DNA of 64,000 nucleotides from Humibacter sp. (GTDB taxonomy: Bacteria > Actinomycetota > Actinomycetes > Actinomycetales > Microbacteriaceae), in the NCBI GenBank assembly GCA_035564555.1, contig DATMTS010000093.1, positions 19,314 to 83,313 on the forward strand, given 5' to 3'. Both the position numbers and the translations under genes were made by a program. This document shows, in pieces, positions 10,697 to 20,312 of this stretch (the first letter of the stretch is position 1; each line of letters opens with the position of its first letter). The notes below the pieces were generated by a model that saw only the letters and a list, made by a program, of their open reading frames with translations, made no database searches and was not told the origin of the DNA.

Positions 10697-11061
10697 GGAG
10701 CGTCTTGCGCGACCTGTTCCTGGATTCACCGATCAGCCGGCTCGGGTACGCCTACGCGGACGCCGTCGGCCATGTCTGGGGATTTCTGTGGAGCACCGGG
10801 CGCATCGAGAGACGCGGCGAGCTCACGGTGTACCGCGGGATGCCCCGCTGGACGTTCGGCCGCGGCGGGTCCTGCGTCGGCGGCTGCTATCTGACGGGGA
10901 CGAACGTCACCGATGACGTGCTCGAACACGAAGTCGTGCACAAGCGTCAATGGCGGCGCTATGGTCTGCTTTTCCCGCTGGTATACCTGGCCGCAGGCCG
11001 CGACCCGCTGCACAATCGCTTCGAGATCGAAGCCGGATTGGAGAAGGGCGGCTACCGATGA
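10693..11061 (+). CDS. Small hypothetical protein with HExxH motif
   Basis: ATG at 10693 overlaps the upstream stop (ATGA). Contains HEVVH. Its stop overlaps the next start (ATGA at 11058). Function unknown. Confidence 0.45.
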   Translation: MRSVLRDLFLDSPISRLGYAYADAVGHVWGFLWSTGRIERRGELTVYRGMPRWTFGRGGSCVGGCYLTGTNVTDDVLEHEVVHKRQWRRYGLLFPLVYLAAGRDPLHNRFEIEAGLEKGGYR

Positions 11062-11909
11062 CGCGTCCACGCACGGTGATACTGACCGGCGCGAGTTCCG
11101 GAATCGGCGCGGTCGCCGCCGCGCGGCTGGCCGAGCAGGGCGCCAGCGTGGCAGTGGTCGGACGAGACGCCGGGCGCACCCGGGCGGTTGCGGAACGCAT
11201 CGGCGGCCAGGCCTTCCTTGCCGATTTCGACCGGCTCGACGACGTGCGGGCCCTCGCCCAGGCGCTGCTGACCCGATACGACCACATCGACGTGCTCGCC
11301 AACAACGCCGGCGGCCTGGTCTCCCGTCGGGCCGACACGGTGGACGGCCATGAACGCACCATCCAGTCCAACCACCTCGCTCCGTTCCTGCTCACGCATC
11401 TGCTGCTGCCGCGGCTGATCGCCACCGCCTCGGGCCAGCCGGATGCCGACGTGCGGGTCGTCAGCACGGCGAGCGTGGCGAACCGGTTCGGGCAACTGCG
11501 ACTGGACGATCTGGACTGGCGACGACGCCGCTGGTCGGGTGGATGGCGTGCATACGGGACCTCCAAGCTCGCGACGATCCTGTTCATCCGGGAACTCGCC
11601 GAGCGACTGACCGGAACCGGCGTGCGCGCCTACTCCGTGCATCCCGGCTCCGTCGTCACAGGCTTCGGCGCGACGTCTCCGCTCATCCGGCTGGGCAACA
11701 CCGTGACGCGCGGGCGCTACGGGGTCAGTGCAGACGTCGGCGCAGTCCCGCTCGTCTCGCTGATCGGTCGGGCTCCGGTCGGGGCGCCGAGCGGCACCTA
11801 CTTCGACCGGCTGAACGCAAACGGTGCCGTGAATCCTCGGGCTCGCGACCCGCAGTTGGCGCGCGATCTCTGGGATGTCTCGGCGCGACTCGTCGGCGTA
11901 TCCGCCTAA
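11058..11909 (+). CDS. SDR family oxidoreductase
   Basis: TGASSGIG, NNAG and YGTSK (YxxxK) motifs. Start ATG 11058 is in frame within ORF 10950..11909. Confidence 0.85.
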   Translation: MTRPRTVILTGASSGIGAVAAARLAEQGASVAVVGRDAGRTRAVAERIGGQAFLADFDRLDDVRALAQALLTRYDHIDVLANNAGGLVSRRADTVDGHERTIQSNHLAPFLLTHLLLPRLIATASGQPDADVRVVSTASVANRFGQLRLDDLDWRRRRWSGGWRAYGTSKLATILFIRELAERLTGTGVRAYSVHPGSVVTGFGATSPLIRLGNTVTRGRYGVSADVGAVPLVSLIGRAPVGAPSGTYFDRLNANGAVNPRARDPQLARDLWDVSARLVGVSA

Positions 11910-11984
11910 CAACCGAACCACGTTCGTCCAAGCGAACCGCGAACGTTTGAAGTTCGGATGAACGAAAGCGGTTCCGTAGCGCTG

Positions 11985-12026
11985 AAGGTGGAGCGCAGCG
12001 GAACGAAGGCGGAGCGCAGCGGAACG
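11985..12026. repeat. Two tandem copies of a 21-nt unit (AAGG[T/C]GGAGCGCAGCGGAACG) inside a GAACG-rich convergent intergenic region
   Basis: Read directly: 11985-12005 and 12006-12026 differ at one base. Additional GCGGAACG / CGTTC motifs lie between 11918 and 12055. Confidence 0.8.
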
Positions 12027-12028
12027 CG

Positions 12029-12493
12029 CTACCGTGAGGCGCGCAGGCGGAACGCGCCGGGCGCCGTGATGGCGTCGGGCGCCATGCCGATGACATCCGT
12101 CAGGTGATCGTAGATCTCAGCGACACCGTGGTACCTGCCGGTCAGGACGGCGTGCGTGGATCCGGCGCCGTCGCAGAGCATCTCGGCGGTCCAGGCCGCA
12201 ACGGCTCGCAGCATCGCTTCGCCTGGGGCGCATTGCGCGGCCGTGCCGGGCCGGCCGGCGCGCGTGGAGCGCGGCAGCCAGGTCACGGTCATCCTCAGCG
12301 GGACGTCCAGGGCGAACACGCCGTCCGGTTCCGGCACCTCGACGAACACGCGGCCTCGGGCGCATAACGGCAATAACGCGAGTTCGCTCTGCAACTCGGC
12401 AAGCGACGTCTCATCGCCCACGACGACATACTGAACACGATCGTCATGGTGCGCTGTGCCGCTTGTGTGGTCGGCGTGCTCGGGCTGGAACAT
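12029..12493 (-). CDS. Siderophore-interacting protein (SIP) C-terminal-domain-only protein
   Basis: YVVVGDETSLAELQSELALLP resembles the GDETALPA motif of the SIP NAD-binding domain. No FAD-binding N-terminal domain is present. Confidence 0.5.
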   Translation of the reverse strand: MFQPEHADHTSGTAHHDDRVQYVVVGDETSLAELQSELALLPLCARGRVFVEVPEPDGVFALDVPLRMTVTWLPRSTRAGRPGTAAQCAPGEAMLRAVAAWTAEMLCDGAGSTHAVLTGRYHGVAEIYDHLTDVIGMAPDAITAPGAFRLRASR

Positions 12494-12552
12494 CTCGCGT
12501 CCAGTATACGCAGCGCACTAAGGCTTGCCTAACTCTCGTTTCGATCCGGCGA

Positions 12553-13977
12553 TCACCATCCGGGTGGATGCCGCCGTTGCCAGCGGATGCGTCGCTCGAG
12601 CTGGGCTCCCAGAGCCAGCAGGGCCGGCTCGCCTCCCGGGCGTCCGATCAGCTGCACGCCCATCGGCAGCCCGGCCTGCGTCTGGTGCACGGGCAGCACG
12701 ATCGCGGGAAGTCCGGTCACATTCACCATGGAGGTGAACGGGGTGTACCGCACCTGTTGCTCGAAGTTGTGCTCGCCGTCCTCTGCGTCGTACCAGCCGA
12801 TCGGACGCGGCGTCATCGCAACCGCCGGGGTGAGCACGGCATCGAATCGGCTCAGCTGTTTCAGGAACGACCGTTCGTACCCGGACAGCGTTCGCAGAGC
12901 GGCGGCGAGATCGCGGGCCGAGAGTCTCTTACCCTGCTCGATCAGCCAACGGGTCAGCGGCTCGAGCAATGCCACCCGTTCTCCATCGACCGGGATGCTG
13001 GCGGCGCCGGACTGCCAGATGGTGCGGAATGCCGGCGCGTAGCCGGCGTCCGGGCTCAACGTCGTCTGTTCGACGCCGTGCCCCAGATCCGCGAATGCTG
13101 CGACCGCCGTATCGAGAGCAGCACGCGCATCCGGATCGATCGTGATCTCGTAGGCGTCGTCCCATGCCGAGCTGGTCATCACCCCGAGCTGGAACCGCCC
13201 TTCACCACGAACCGCGGCCGCCAGGAATGGTGCGTCCCCGCCCGGTGCTCGGAGGGTGAAATGATGGTCGATCCGTCCGTGCTCGCGCGCGATCATCCCA
13301 TCCAGCAGCAACCCGGCATCCGCGACGGTGCGCGCCATCGGACCTGCCACGACGAGACCTGCGAGCGAGTCGATGCCGCTGCCGGCCGGCACCAGTCCCC
13401 GAGACGGCTTGAGACCGACGAGCCCGCATGCGGCCGCGGGGATGCGGATCGACCCGCCACCGTCGGAGCCGGGCGCGAACGGCAGCATGCCTGCGGCCAC
13501 GGCTACGGCCGCTCCCCCGCTCGACCCGCCGGCGCCCAACTCCGGATCCCACGGATTGCGGGCCGGCGGAGCCGCAAGCGACTCGGTGTACGCCGGCAAC
13601 CCGAACTCGGGCGCGTTCGTCTTGCCGAGGCTGACGCCGCCGGCATCGTCGAGGGTCTGCACGATCTCGTCGCTGACCTCGGGCACGAACCCGGCGAAGG
13701 CGCGAGAGCCGAAGCCGGCCGGCACTCCGGCGCGCATCCAGAGATCCTTGTCTCCGAACGGCAGTCCCCATAGCGGCGCGGTCCTGGGCACCGACTCCTG
13801 CACGTGCCGCGCGCGGGCGAGAGCAGCATCCGCTGTCACGGTCACGAACGCCCCGAGCTGCGGGTTCAGGCGCCGGATGCGGCTCAGGTAGTGCTCGGTC
13901 AGGTCTACGGGCGAGAGCTCGCCAGACTGCAGCACGCGCCAAAGCTCCAACGCGGTCAGTTCATGCGGTTCTGCCAT
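12553..13977 (-). CDS. Amidase (amidase-signature family)
   Basis: ORF 12553..14655 trimmed to in-frame ATG at 13977-13975 (MAEPHELTALEL...). AS signature GGSSGGAAVAVAAG...GSDGGGSIRIPA. Confidence 0.9.
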   Translation of the reverse strand: MAEPHELTALELWRVLQSGELSPVDLTEHYLSRIRRLNPQLGAFVTVTADAALARARHVQESVPRTAPLWGLPFGDKDLWMRAGVPAGFGSRAFAGFVPEVSDEIVQTLDDAGGVSLGKTNAPEFGLPAYTESLAAPPARNPWDPELGAGGSSGGAAVAVAAGMLPFAPGSDGGGSIRIPAAACGLVGLKPSRGLVPAGSGIDSLAGLVVAGPMARTVADAGLLLDGMIAREHGRIDHHFTLRAPGGDAPFLAAAVRGEGRFQLGVMTSSAWDDAYEITIDPDARAALDTAVAAFADLGHGVEQTTLSPDAGYAPAFRTIWQSGAASIPVDGERVALLEPLTRWLIEQGKRLSARDLAAALRTLSGYERSFLKQLSRFDAVLTPAVAMTPRPIGWYDAEDGEHNFEQQVRYTPFTSMVNVTGLPAIVLPVHQTQAGLPMGVQLIGRPGGEPALLALGAQLERRIRWQRRHPPGW

Positions 13978-14015
13978 GCCTTCGAGGGTAGTTGCCGCGC
14001 CGATCGGGCCGACGG

Positions 14016-14630
14016 CTACTTGAGGCTGCGCTGCATCAGCACGGTGCCCAGCCAGCGGTCGAACTTGTAGCCGACCCGGCCCATCCGCCCGATCTCGGTG
14101 AAGCCGAACGCCTCGTGCATCTTGATCGAGGCCTCGGCCCCCCGGTCGGCGATCACGGCGATCATCTCCTTCAGACCCGCCTGTTTCGAGCGCTCGATCA
14201 GCTCCGTCATCAGCGCCGTTCCCAGACCTTTGCCGGTGGATGCCGCACCGAGATAGATCGAGTTCTCCACCGTGAATCGGTACGCCTTCTTCTGCTTCCA
14301 CGGCGAGACGAGCGCGTAGCCCAGGATCAGCCCGTTCGGCGACTCCGCGACGATGAACGGCATGCCCAGCTTGGAGAGGTAGGCGAACTTCGACTTCCAC
14401 TCGCGCAGCGTCATCGAGTCTTCGTCGAAGGTGACCGTGCTGTTGGCGACGTAGTGGTTGTAGATCTCCCGGATATGCGGAAGATCGGTAGCGCGGGCCG
14501 GCCGGATGGTGAAGGCGAACGACGGTTCCGGTTCCGGCTTCTTGCGCAGATGCGGCGGAAGCCGACGGCGTGTCTCGTACTCCTCCTCCAGCATGGCATC
14601 CAGCGTAATCGGCGCAGATGTCGCCCGCAT
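14016..14630 (-). CDS. GNAT family N-acetyltransferase (phosphinothricin-acetyltransferase-like)
   Basis: Acetyl-CoA binding segment TGKGLGTALMTELIERSK and PAT-like core IREIYNHYVANSTVTFD. Lies 38 nt upstream of the amidase on the same strand. Confidence 0.8.
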   Translation of the reverse strand: MRATSAPITLDAMLEEEYETRRRLPPHLRKKPEPEPSFAFTIRPARATDLPHIREIYNHYVANSTVTFDEDSMTLREWKSKFAYLSKLGMPFIVAESPNGLILGYALVSPWKQKKAYRFTVENSIYLGAASTGKGLGTALMTELIERSKQAGLKEMIAVIADRGAEASIKMHEAFGFTEIGRMGRVGYKFDRWLGTVLMQRSLK

Positions 14631-14688
14631 TACACGGCGGTGCCGCCGACGTCATGGCAGCCGCGGGTGTCTGCCGCCCGGTGCGAGC

Positions 14689-15381
14689 TCAGGCGGGCAG
14701 CGTCCAGTCGACCGGGTCGGCATCCTGGCGTCTCAGCAACGCGTTGGCCCTGCTGAACGGCCGCGAGCCGAAGAAGCCACGGTCGGCCGACAGGGGGCTG
14801 GGATGAGCCGAAGCGATCACCGGGGTCTCGCCGAGCAGCGGACGCAGGTTTGCGGCATCCCGGCCCCAGAGGATCGCGACGAGCGGGCCACCGCGCCGCA
14901 CCAGAGTACGGATGGCATGCTCGGTGACGGCCTCCCAGCCCTTGCCTCGATGCGACGCGGGACTGCCCGGCCGCACCGTGAGCACCCGGTTCAGCAGCAT
15001 CACACCGTTCTCCGACCACCCGGAGAGGTCGCCGTGCTGCGGCGGCACGACCGCCAGATCGTCGCTCAGTTCCCGGTAGATGTTCTGCAGGCTGCGCGGA
15101 ATCGGCCGAACATGCCGCTCGACCGCGAACGACAGACCGATCGGATGCCCAGGGGTCGGGTACGGATCCTGACCCACGATCAGCACCCGCACGGTCCGCA
15201 GCGGATAACCGAAGGCCCTCAGCACGTTCGGCCCGGCGGGCAGGTAACCGGCGCCGGATGCGGCCTCCGCGCGTAAGAAGTCCCCCATCGCCGCGATCTG
15301 ACCGGCGACCGGTTGAAGGGCCTGCGCCCATCCGGAATCCATCGCCCCGTCCGCAGCGAGTTCATCGAGTGTCTTGCGCAC
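14689..15381 (-). CDS. ung: Uracil-DNA glycosylase, family 1
   Basis: Catalytic GQDPYP water-activating loop and HPSPLS motif. Confidence 0.92.
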   Translation of the reverse strand: MRKTLDELAADGAMDSGWAQALQPVAGQIAAMGDFLRAEAASGAGYLPAGPNVLRAFGYPLRTVRVLIVGQDPYPTPGHPIGLSFAVERHVRPIPRSLQNIYRELSDDLAVVPPQHGDLSGWSENGVMLLNRVLTVRPGSPASHRGKGWEAVTEHAIRTLVRRGGPLVAILWGRDAANLRPLLGETPVIASAHPSPLSADRGFFGSRPFSRANALLRRQDADPVDWTLPA

Positions 15382-15431
15382 CAGCCGACCCTAACGGATG
15401 CCGCCCACCCGCACGCGGCCCCGGCGCACGC

Positions 15432-16211
15432 TCATCGGTCCCCCACCCGCAGGGCGCCGCGATGCAGGCGGTGCGGTGCTGCCTGCGCGACGGGCTTGAT
15501 CAGGATCAGGTCGAGATCGACGTGCCCCGGTCGCTCCAACGCGTCCACGATCGTGACGGCGATGTCTTCGGCGGTGAGCGGCTCGGGCACGTCGGCGTAG
15601 ACGGCATCCGCACGCTCTTTGTCGCCGCCGAATCTGAGCAGCGAGAACTCCTCGGTACGCACCAGGCCGGGAGCGACCTCGATGACACGGATCGGTTCGC
15701 CGTTGAGTTCGAGCCGGAGAACCTCGGTCATCGCGTGCTCCGCGAACTTCGCGGCGTTGTATCCGCCACCGCCGGCGTACGCGACGTGTCCCGCGATGGA
15801 GGTGAGGTTGAGGATGTCGGCATGCCCGGTCTCGGCCGCTCCGTCGCGGAGCAGAGGCAGCAGCGCCGAGATCATGCGCTTGGCGCCCAGCACGTTCACC
15901 TCGAACATCCAACGCCAGTCGTCGATCTCGGAGACCTCGACGCTCTCCAGACCGCGCGCGCCCCCCGCGTTGTTCACCAATGCGTGCACGCCGCCGGTGT
16001 CGGCCAGATGTTCACGAAGAGCATCGACGTCGCTCTGCTGTGTGACGTCGGCCTCGAACACGTCGGCGCCGGTCTGCTCGGCGAGCGCACGCAACCGGTC
16101 GCCGCGGCGCGCGACTCCGACGACATCCCACCCCCGCTCGGCGAACAACCGGGCACTCGCCGCACCGATCCCGGAACTGGCACCGGTCACCACAACACGT
16201 CGCTTCGTCAT
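15432..16211 (-). CDS. SDR family oxidoreductase
   Basis: TGASSGIG, NNAG, YNAAK motifs. Confidence 0.85.
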   Translation of the reverse strand: MTKRRVVVTGASSGIGAASARLFAERGWDVVGVARRGDRLRALAEQTGADVFEADVTQQSDVDALREHLADTGGVHALVNNAGGARGLESVEVSEIDDWRWMFEVNVLGAKRMISALLPLLRDGAAETGHADILNLTSIAGHVAYAGGGGYNAAKFAEHAMTEVLRLELNGEPIRVIEVAPGLVRTEEFSLLRFGGDKERADAVYADVPEPLTAEDIAVTIVDALERPGHVDLDLILIKPVAQAAPHRLHRGALRVGDR

Positions 16212-16354
16212 TCCTCCATTCTGCCCGCCCCCGCGGGGCCGCTGACGGTTACGCCGTATTGCACCCTTCGTTGCCGTGCCCGCCGACCGTGCCTAGCCTC
16301 ATAGACAAGCACGGCGTCAGACGCCGACCCCGAAGCAACAAGCCAGGAGACACA

Positions 16355-17686
16355 ATGAGCGACGCCGAGAAGTGGCAGTTCGAAACCAAGCAGATCCACT
16401 CCGGTGCTGCGCCCGACCCCGTGACCAACGCACGCGCGACGCCCATCTACCAGACCACCTCCTACGTGTTCAACAACTCGGACCACGCGAAGAACCTCTT
16501 CGCGCTCGCCGAGTTCGGCAACATCTACACGCGCATCCAGAACCCGACGCAGGCCGTCGTCGAAGAGCGCGTCGCCGCGCTCGAGGGCGGCACGGGCGCG
16601 CTGCTCGTCGCCTCCGGCCAGGCTGCCGAGACGTTCGCCGTGCTGAACATCGCGCAGGCCGGCGACCACATCGTCTCCTCCAGCTCGATCTACGGCGGAA
16701 CGTACAACCTGTTCAAGTACACCCTCGCCAAGCTCGGCATCGAGACCACGTTCGTCGAGAACCAGGATGACGCCGAGGAGTGGCGTCGTGCCGTGCGCCC
16801 GAACACGAAGCTGTTCTTCGCCGAGACCGTAGGCAACCCGAAGATCAACGTGCTCGACATCGAGACCGTCGCCGGCATCGCGCACGACAACGGCCTGCCG
16901 CTGATCGTGGACAACACGATCGCCACGCCGTACCTGATCCGCCCGTTCGAGCACGGCGCCGACATCATCGTGCACTCGGCGACGAAGTTCCTCGGCGGCC
17001 ACGGCACCACGATCGGCGGCGTGATCGTCGACGGCGGCCACTTCGAGTGGTCGAAGAACGTCGAGAAGTTCCCCGGTCTGACCGAGCCCGACCCGTCGTA
17101 CCACGGGGCGAGCTACACGGCTGCGGTCGGCGACGGCCTGGCGTACATCATCAAGGCCCGCGTGCAGTTGCTGCGCGACCTGGGTGCCGCGATCGCCCCG
17201 ATCAGCGCCTGGCTGCTGGTCCAGGGCATCGAGACGCTTTCACTTCGCGTCGAGCGGCACGTACAGAACGCGCAGGAGATCGCCGAGTTCCTGGAGAGCC
17301 ACCCCGACGTGGCATCCGTCAACTACTCCGGCCTGCCCACCAGCCCGTGGTACGCCGCCGCCAACAAGTACGCCCCCAAGGGCGTCGGCGCCGTGCTGTC
17401 GTTCGAGCTCAAAGGCGGTGTCGAAGCGGGGCGCGCCCTGGTCGACAACCTCTCCCTGTTCAGCCACCTCGCGAACATCGGAGACGTGCGCTCGCTGGTC
17501 ATCCACCCGGCGTCGACGACGCACTCGCAGCTCACCCCGGAGCAGCAGCTCACCGCCGGCGTCACGCCCGGCCTGGTGCGCCTCTCCGTCGGGCTGGAGA
17601 ACGTCGACGACCTGAAGGCCGACCTCGAGGCGGGGCTGGCGGCAGCCCGCGCCGTCGCAGACGAGCAGGCAGACGTCACCGCGTAA
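16355..17686 (+). CDS. metY: O-acetylhomoserine aminocarboxypropyltransferase (sulfhydrylase)
   Basis: ATG at 16355 preceded by AGGAGA (16345-16350). Cys/Met-metabolism PLP family with [11 protein letters not shown] lysine motif. Adjacent metX. Confidence 0.9.
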   Translation: MSDAEKWQFETKQIHSGAAPDPVTNARATPIYQTTSYVFNNSDHAKNLFALAEFGNIYTRIQNPTQAVVEERVAALEGGTGALLVASGQAAETFAVLNIAQAGDHIVSSSSIYGGTYNLFKYTLAKLGIETTFVENQDDAEEWRRAVRPNTKLFFAETVGNPKINVLDIETVAGIAHDNGLPLIVDNTIATPYLIRPFEHGADIIVHSATKFLGGHGTTIGGVIVDGGHFEWSKNVEKFPGLTEPDPSYHGASYTAAVGDGLAYIIKARVQLLRDLGAAIAPISAWLLVQGIETLSLRVERHVQNAQEIAEFLESHPDVASVNYSGLPTSPWYAAANKYAPKGVGAVLSFELKGGVEAGRALVDNLSLFSHLANIGDVRSLVIHPASTTHSQLTPEQQLTAGVTPGLVRLSVGLENVDDLKADLEAGLAAARAVADEQADVTA

Positions 17687-17719
17687 TCCACGCGCCGGGT
17701 GCAGATCCGGCACACACTC

Positions 17720-17775
17720 GAGGTGCGGACTTCGGCCCCCGGAACACCGGTTCCAGCGGCCGAAGTCCGCACCTC
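17720..17775. repeat. Perfect 18-bp inverted repeat (plus inner 5-bp GGAAC/GTTCC helix, apical loop ACCG) between metY and metX
   Basis: GAGGTGCGGACTTCGGCC (17720-17737) pairs base-for-base with GGCCGAAGTCCGCACCTC (17758-17775). The inner helix is 17741-17745 / 17750-17754. No U-tract follows. Confidence 0.85.
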
Positions 17776-17851
17776 ACGCGTTCAGCGCCCGCGATCGCGG
17801 TCACGTAACATGGCGGGGCGGATGCTTCGGCACGGGCAGAATTGAAGTCCT

Positions 17852-19057
17852 ATGGAGTGGCAGACATCCGCGGACACGGCGCCGTCGAGTTTCATCACCG
17901 ATGCGCAGGTGCGATCGCTCAAGGGCAAGCCCCCCGCCAGCGGCGCATGGCGGGAGTCCGACGAGGTCGGCGCACGGCGCTTCGCCGGCGTCGGGCCGTT
18001 CCGCTTCGAGAACGGCGACTCGCTGCCTTTCGTCCGAGTCGCCTACGAGACCTGGGGTGAGCTCTCGCCCGCGGCCGACAACGCCGTGCTCGTGCTTCAT
18101 GCCCTCACCGGCGACAGCCACGCGGCCGGCGCTGCCGGCCCAGGGCATCCGACCCCCGGCTGGTGGAACGAGATCATCGGCCCCTCCCTGGCGATCGACA
18201 CCGACAAGTGGTTCGTCGTCGTTCCGAACATGCTGGGCGGATGCCAGGGCACGACCGGCCCAGCCTCGCTCGCTCCGGACGGAGCCGAATGGGGCCCACG
18301 CTTCCCGTTCACCACGATCCGCGATCAGGTCGCCGCGCAGTCGGCGCTGGCCGACCACCTCGGCATCCGGCGCTGGGCGGCGGTCGTGGGCGGCTCGATG
18401 GGCGGCATGCAGGCCCTGGAGTGGGCGGTCTCGATGCCGGAGCGTGTGGAGCGGCTCGCGGTCATCGCCGCGCCTCCCGTCACGACGGCGGACCAGATCG
18501 CGCTGAACTCGGTGCAGATCGAAGCGGTGCGCACCGACCCGCTGTTCCGGGCCGGGTACTACTACGAGGCGGGCGACGGCGACGGTCCGCATCGCGGCCT
18601 CGCGCTTGCGCGGCGCATGGCGCTGCTGAACTATCGCAGTCCCGGGGAGTTGAACGGCCGGTTCGGCGGCGCCTGGCAGAGCGAGATAAGCCCCCTCGGA
18701 GCGGGCGGCCGATTCGCCGTCGAGTCGTATCTCGACTTCCACGGCAACAAGTTCACGAGGCGATTCGACGCCAACAGCTATATCACGCTTGTTGAAGCGA
18801 TGAACTCGCACGATGTCGGCCGAGGGCGCGGCGGAGTGGCGGCAGCCCTTTCCCGCGTGACCGCGTCCACCCTGGTCGTCGGCATCGACAGCGACCGGCT
18901 GTTCCCCGTCGACGGCCAGCGCGTAATCGCTCAGGAGTTGCCGCGCAGCGTCTCCGGGCCGGAACCGGTCGTGATGCACTCCCCTTTCGGGCACGACGGT
19001 TTCCTGATCGAGAACGAGTTGGTCGGCTCGCAACTGAGGGAACTTCTCGCCCGATGA
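17852..19057 (+). CDS. metX: Homoserine O-acetyltransferase
   Basis: Alpha/beta hydrolase with VGGSMGGMQALEW nucleophile elbow and C-terminal SPFGHDGFL motif. Downstream of metY, as in the M. tuberculosis metC-metA block. Confidence 0.9.
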   Translation: MEWQTSADTAPSSFITDAQVRSLKGKPPASGAWRESDEVGARRFAGVGPFRFENGDSLPFVRVAYETWGELSPAADNAVLVLHALTGDSHAAGAAGPGHPTPGWWNEIIGPSLAIDTDKWFVVVPNMLGGCQGTTGPASLAPDGAEWGPRFPFTTIRDQVAAQSALADHLGIRRWAAVVGGSMGGMQALEWAVSMPERVERLAVIAAPPVTTADQIALNSVQIEAVRTDPLFRAGYYYEAGDGDGPHRGLALARRMALLNYRSPGELNGRFGGAWQSEISPLGAGGRFAVESYLDFHGNKFTRRFDANSYITLVEAMNSHDVGRGRGGVAAALSRVTASTLVVGIDSDRLFPVDGQRVIAQELPRSVSGPEPVVMHSPFGHDGFLIENELVGSQLRELLAR

Positions 19058-19107
19058 TCCGCGTCCCCCGTGCGCGGGGTGGACGACGTGTCCTAATCTG
19101 AAGTAAT

Positions 19108-19131
19108 TGCCGCACCGGCAATGCCGCACCG
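19108..19131 (+). promoter_or_regulatory. Direct 10-nt repeat TGCCGCACCG x2 (14-nt period) overlapping a 7-bp hairpin, 15-38 nt upstream of the kinase start
   Basis: Read directly: 19108-19117 and 19122-19131 are identical. ATTGCCG-CAC-CGGCAAT hairpin at 19106-19122. The regulatory role is inference only. Confidence 0.3.
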
Positions 19132-19145
19132 AGACCGGAGGCAGC

Positions 19146-20312
19146 ATGTCGCCCGTGATGAAGCAGCGAGATCGCCTGCTCACGGCTACCTCGCGCAGCA
19201 TGGGCCTGCCGACGGTCGTCGCGTCGCTGGTCTGCGTGAGCCTGCCCGGTGCACTGCCCTTCCCGGTCACGTACCTCGTCACGGCGTTGCTTCTGCTGCT
19301 GGCGGCCGCGGGCTACTACCTGCTGCGCCCCGGCGGGTCGCGACTGTGGATCGTGGCGCCGATCGTCGGAGGCCTCGGCGCTATCCTCACCATCGGTATA
19401 TGGGGAGGCGCCGCGAACGAGGCATCGTCCAGTGCCGTCGCTATCATCGCCGGGGGCGTGCTCGGCGCGGCGGCGCTCGTGCTCACCACGAGTCCGCGGC
19501 GCATCGTGCTGCTCTGCGCGGGATTCGCGGCATCCGTCGCGGCGGTGACCTTCACACAGCTCGACGGCGACGGCGACCTGCTGCGCCCGCTCGCGCTGAC
19601 ACTGTGCGGCTGGTCGTTCGCCTTCGTCGTCTCACGCTGGATCAGCCGCATCGTGCCCCGCACGGTGCGGCGCATCGCGAACATGTCCGGCGCATACCGC
19701 GCCGAGCGCCAGGCCAGCGAGCAGGAGGCACGTCGACGACAGGGCGCCCGCCTGTTGCACGACACCGTCTTGGCGACGCTCACCCTGCTCGCACATTCCG
19801 GCCGTGGTGTCGGTGCCGAGGCGTTGCGCGAGCAGGCCGGCGAGGATGCCGTGCTGCTACGACAGTTGCGGATGGGACAGACTCCCGACCCGGTGGCATC
19901 CGGCGACTACAAGTTGCGGCCCGTCATCGAGTCGACGTTGGGTAACACGCTGGAATCGGTCAAGCAGCGCTTTCGCCGGATGGGGCTCGAGGTCGCGTGG
20001 CACGGCACAGGTCACGTGCTGCTTCCCAGCGATCGTTTGGATGCCTTCCTGCTGGCGCTCGCCGAGTGCCTGGAGAACGTGCGCCGGCATTCCGGAGTCG
20101 AGGAGGCGCACGTCACGATCACCGACGACGAAGACACGGTGCGCGCGATGGTCACGGATTCGGGGGTCGGATTCGATCTGCAGAGCATCGAACCCGGCAG
20201 GCTCGGTTTCACGGAATCGATCGTGGCCCGACTGCGTGATGTCGGCGGTAACGCCAGGTTGTTCTCCTCACCCGGCAGCGGAACGACGGTGGTGCTGGAG
20301 GTGCCGAAATGA
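19146..20312 (+). CDS. Membrane sensor histidine kinase, HisKA_3/NarX-like
   Basis: ATG 19146 after GGAGG. About 5 TM helices, H-box ARLLHDTVLATL, N-box ECLENVRRH, G-boxes TDSGVGF and SPGSGTTVVLEVP. Confidence 0.8.
   Translation: MSPVMKQRDRLLTATSRSMGLPTVVASLVCVSLPGALPFPVTYLVTALLLLLAAAGYYLLRPGGSRLWIVAPIVGGLGAILTIGIWGGAANEASSSAVAIIAGGVLGAAALVLTTSPRRIVLLCAGFAASVAAVTFTQLDGDGDLLRPLALTLCGWSFAFVVSRWISRIVPRTVRRIANMSGAYRAERQASEQEARRRQGARLLHDTVLATLTLLAHSGRGVGAEALREQAGEDAVLLRQLRMGQTPDPVASGDYKLRPVIESTLGNTLESVKQRFRRMGLEVAWHGTGHVLLPSDRLDAFLLALAECLENVRRHSGVEEAHVTITDDEDTVRAMVTDSGVGFDLQSIEPGRLGFTESIVARLRDVGGNARLFSSPGSGTTVVLEVPK

Noticed and set aside
16212-16354. Expected SAM riboswitch (for example SAM-IV) in the metY leader
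   Set aside because: The 143-nt divergent region has two small hairpins (16288-16313 and 16313-16325) and a 5-nt CTCAT/ATGAG complementarity to the start codon. I could not recognise SAM-IV or SAM-I core sequences by eye. cmsearch with Rfam SAM models would be decisive; a hit above the gathering threshold would overturn this rejection.
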